The notes beneath the pieces were generated by a model. The model was given only the letters and a program-made list of their open reading frames with translations, was not told the origin of the DNA and made no database searches. A stretch of DNA of 64,000 nucleotides from Chiloscyllium plagiosum (lineage: Eukaryota). The DNA lies in the NCBI RefSeq assembly GCF_004010195.1, contig NC_057718.1, positions 36,068,501 to 36,132,500 of the forward strand, written 5' to 3'. The translations under genes and the position numbers were made by a program. Positions 62,222 through 64,000 of the stretch are shown here, in pieces (position 1 is the stretch's first letter; each line of letters opens with the position of its first letter).

Positions 62222-64000
62222 CTTCCAAAGGCATTTTACACGTATGTGAGGAATAAGAGAATGATCAAAGAAAGAGTAGGGCCGGTCAGGGATAGCATAA
62301 GAAACTTGTGTATAGAGTCGGAGCTGGTAGGGGAAGCGCTAAATGAGTTTTTTGCTTCTGTCTTTACTAAAGAAAAGGACCTTGTTGTGAATGAAACCAT
62401 TGAGGATCAGGTAAGCAGCTGGAACGGATGGAGATTGAGGAAGCTGATGTGCTGAAAATTTTGACAAACATTAAGATTGACAAGTCGCCAGGGCCAGACC
62501 AGATTTGTCCTCGGCTGCTTTGGGAAGCGAGAAATGTGATTCCTTCGCCGCTTGCGAAGATCTTTGCATCCTCGCTCTCCACTGGGACTCCACCAGGAGT
62601 CGTACCTGAGGACTAGAGGGAGGCAAATGTAATTAGTCTCTTCAAGAAAGGAAATAAGGAAATCCCCGGCAATTACAGACCAGTCAGTCTCACATCTGTC
62701 ATTTGCAAGGTGTTAGAAAGGATTCTGAGGGATAGGGTTTATGACCATCTGGAAGAGCATGGCTTGATTAAATGCAGTCAGCACGGCTTTGTGAGGGGCA
62801 GGTCATGCCTCACAAATCTTATTGAGTTCTTTGAGGATGTTACTAGACATGTTGATGAGGGTCGAGCAATGGATGTGGTGTATATGGACTTCAGCAAGGC
62901 ATTTGATAAGGTTCCCCATGGTAGGCTCGTTCAGAAGGTCAGGAGGAATGGAATACAGGGAAATTTAGCTGTCTGGATACAGAATTGGCTGGTCGACAGA
63001 AGACAGCGAGTGGTAGTGGAAGGAAAGTATTCTGCCTGGAGGTGAGTGGTGTTCCACAGGGCTCTGTTCTTGGGCCTCTACTCTTTGTAATTTTTATTAA
63101 TGACATGGATGAGAAGATTGAAGGATGGGTTAGCAAGTTTGCTGATGACACAAAGATTGGAGGTGTCATTGACAGTATAGAGGACTGTTGTAGGCTGCAG
63201 CGGGACATTGACAGGATGCAGAGATGGGCTGAGAGGTGGCAGGTGGAGTTCAATCTGGATAAATGCGAAGTGATGCATTTCGGAAGGTCGAACTTGAAAG
63301 TTGAGTACAGGATTAAAGACAGGATTCTTGGCGATGTGGAGAAACAGCGGGGTCTTGGTGTGTAGGTACATAGATCCCTTAAAATTGCCACCCAAGTGGA
63401 CAGGGTTGTTAAGAAAGCATATGGTGTTTTGGCTTTCATTAACTGGGGGATTGAGTTTAAGAGCCGTGAGAGCTTGTTGCAGCTCTATAAAACTTTGGTT
63501 AGACCACACTTGGAATACTGTGTCCAGTTCTGTTCGCCCTATTATAGGAAAGATGTGGATGCTATGGAGTGGGTTCAGAGGAGGTTTACCAGAATGCTGC
63601 CTGGAATGGAGGGCTTATCTTACGAACCAGAATGCTGCCTGGAATGGAGGGCTTATCTTACGAAGAGAGGTTGACTGAGCTCGGACTTTTCTTATTGGAA
63701 AAAAAGAGGGAAGAGAGAGGATCTAATTTGAGGTGTATAAGATAATGAGAGGCATAGATAGAGTTAATATCCAGAGACTTTTTCCCAGGGCAGAAATGGC
63801 TAACACGAGGGGTCATAGTTTTAAGCTGTTTGGCGGTAAGTATAGAGGGGATGTCAGAAGTGGGTTCTTTACGCAGAGAGTTGTGAGAGCATGGAATGCA
63901 TTGCCAGCAGCAGTTTTGGAAACGAGGTCATTGGGGATATTTAAGAGACTGCTGGACAAGCATATAGTCACAGAAATTTGAGGGTTCATATGTTAGGTTT
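62222..64000 (+). mobile_element. CR1 LINE ORF2 (degenerate RT), running off the window end
   Basis: ORFs 62183, 62428, 62710, 62985, 63396 and 63733 with the standard CR1 RT motifs. Confidence 0.96.
63588..63663 (+). repeat. 38-bp perfect tandem duplication within CR1
   Basis: accagaatgctgcctggaatggagggcttatcttacga at 63588-63625 and 63626-63663. Confidence 0.92.

Overview
Eukaryotic, repeat-dense vertebrate DNA, almost certainly from an elasmobranch (shark). This is inferred from the HE1-type V-SINEs, the matching HER1/CR1 LINEs and a Deu-domain SINE. I recognise no host protein-coding gene, so the window looks intronic or intergenic. It contains many degenerate CR1 LINEs (one near full length, with ORF1 esterase, APE and RT), HE1-like SINEs, L2 remnants, decayed PIF/Harbinger transposons, a Tc1/mariner-type MITE, and Penelope-like elements (PLEs) with GIY-YIG endonuclease. 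The most notable structure is a population of about 15 very short (~100-220 bp) non-coding insertions derived from PLE termini. They fall into three sequence families, with a fourth terminus type on the long PLE. They carry minimal type I hammerhead ribozyme cores (CTGAnGA-hairpin-GAAAcgtc), are often fold-back palindromes, and often have 8-15 bp target-site duplications (TSDs). Other unusual events: a 148-bp locally templated inverted insertion with a 16-bp TSD, a 57-bp SINE tail with a 55-bp TSD, and several unique motif-rich islands that may be conserved non-coding elements. Family names come from my recognition of motifs, not from database searches.
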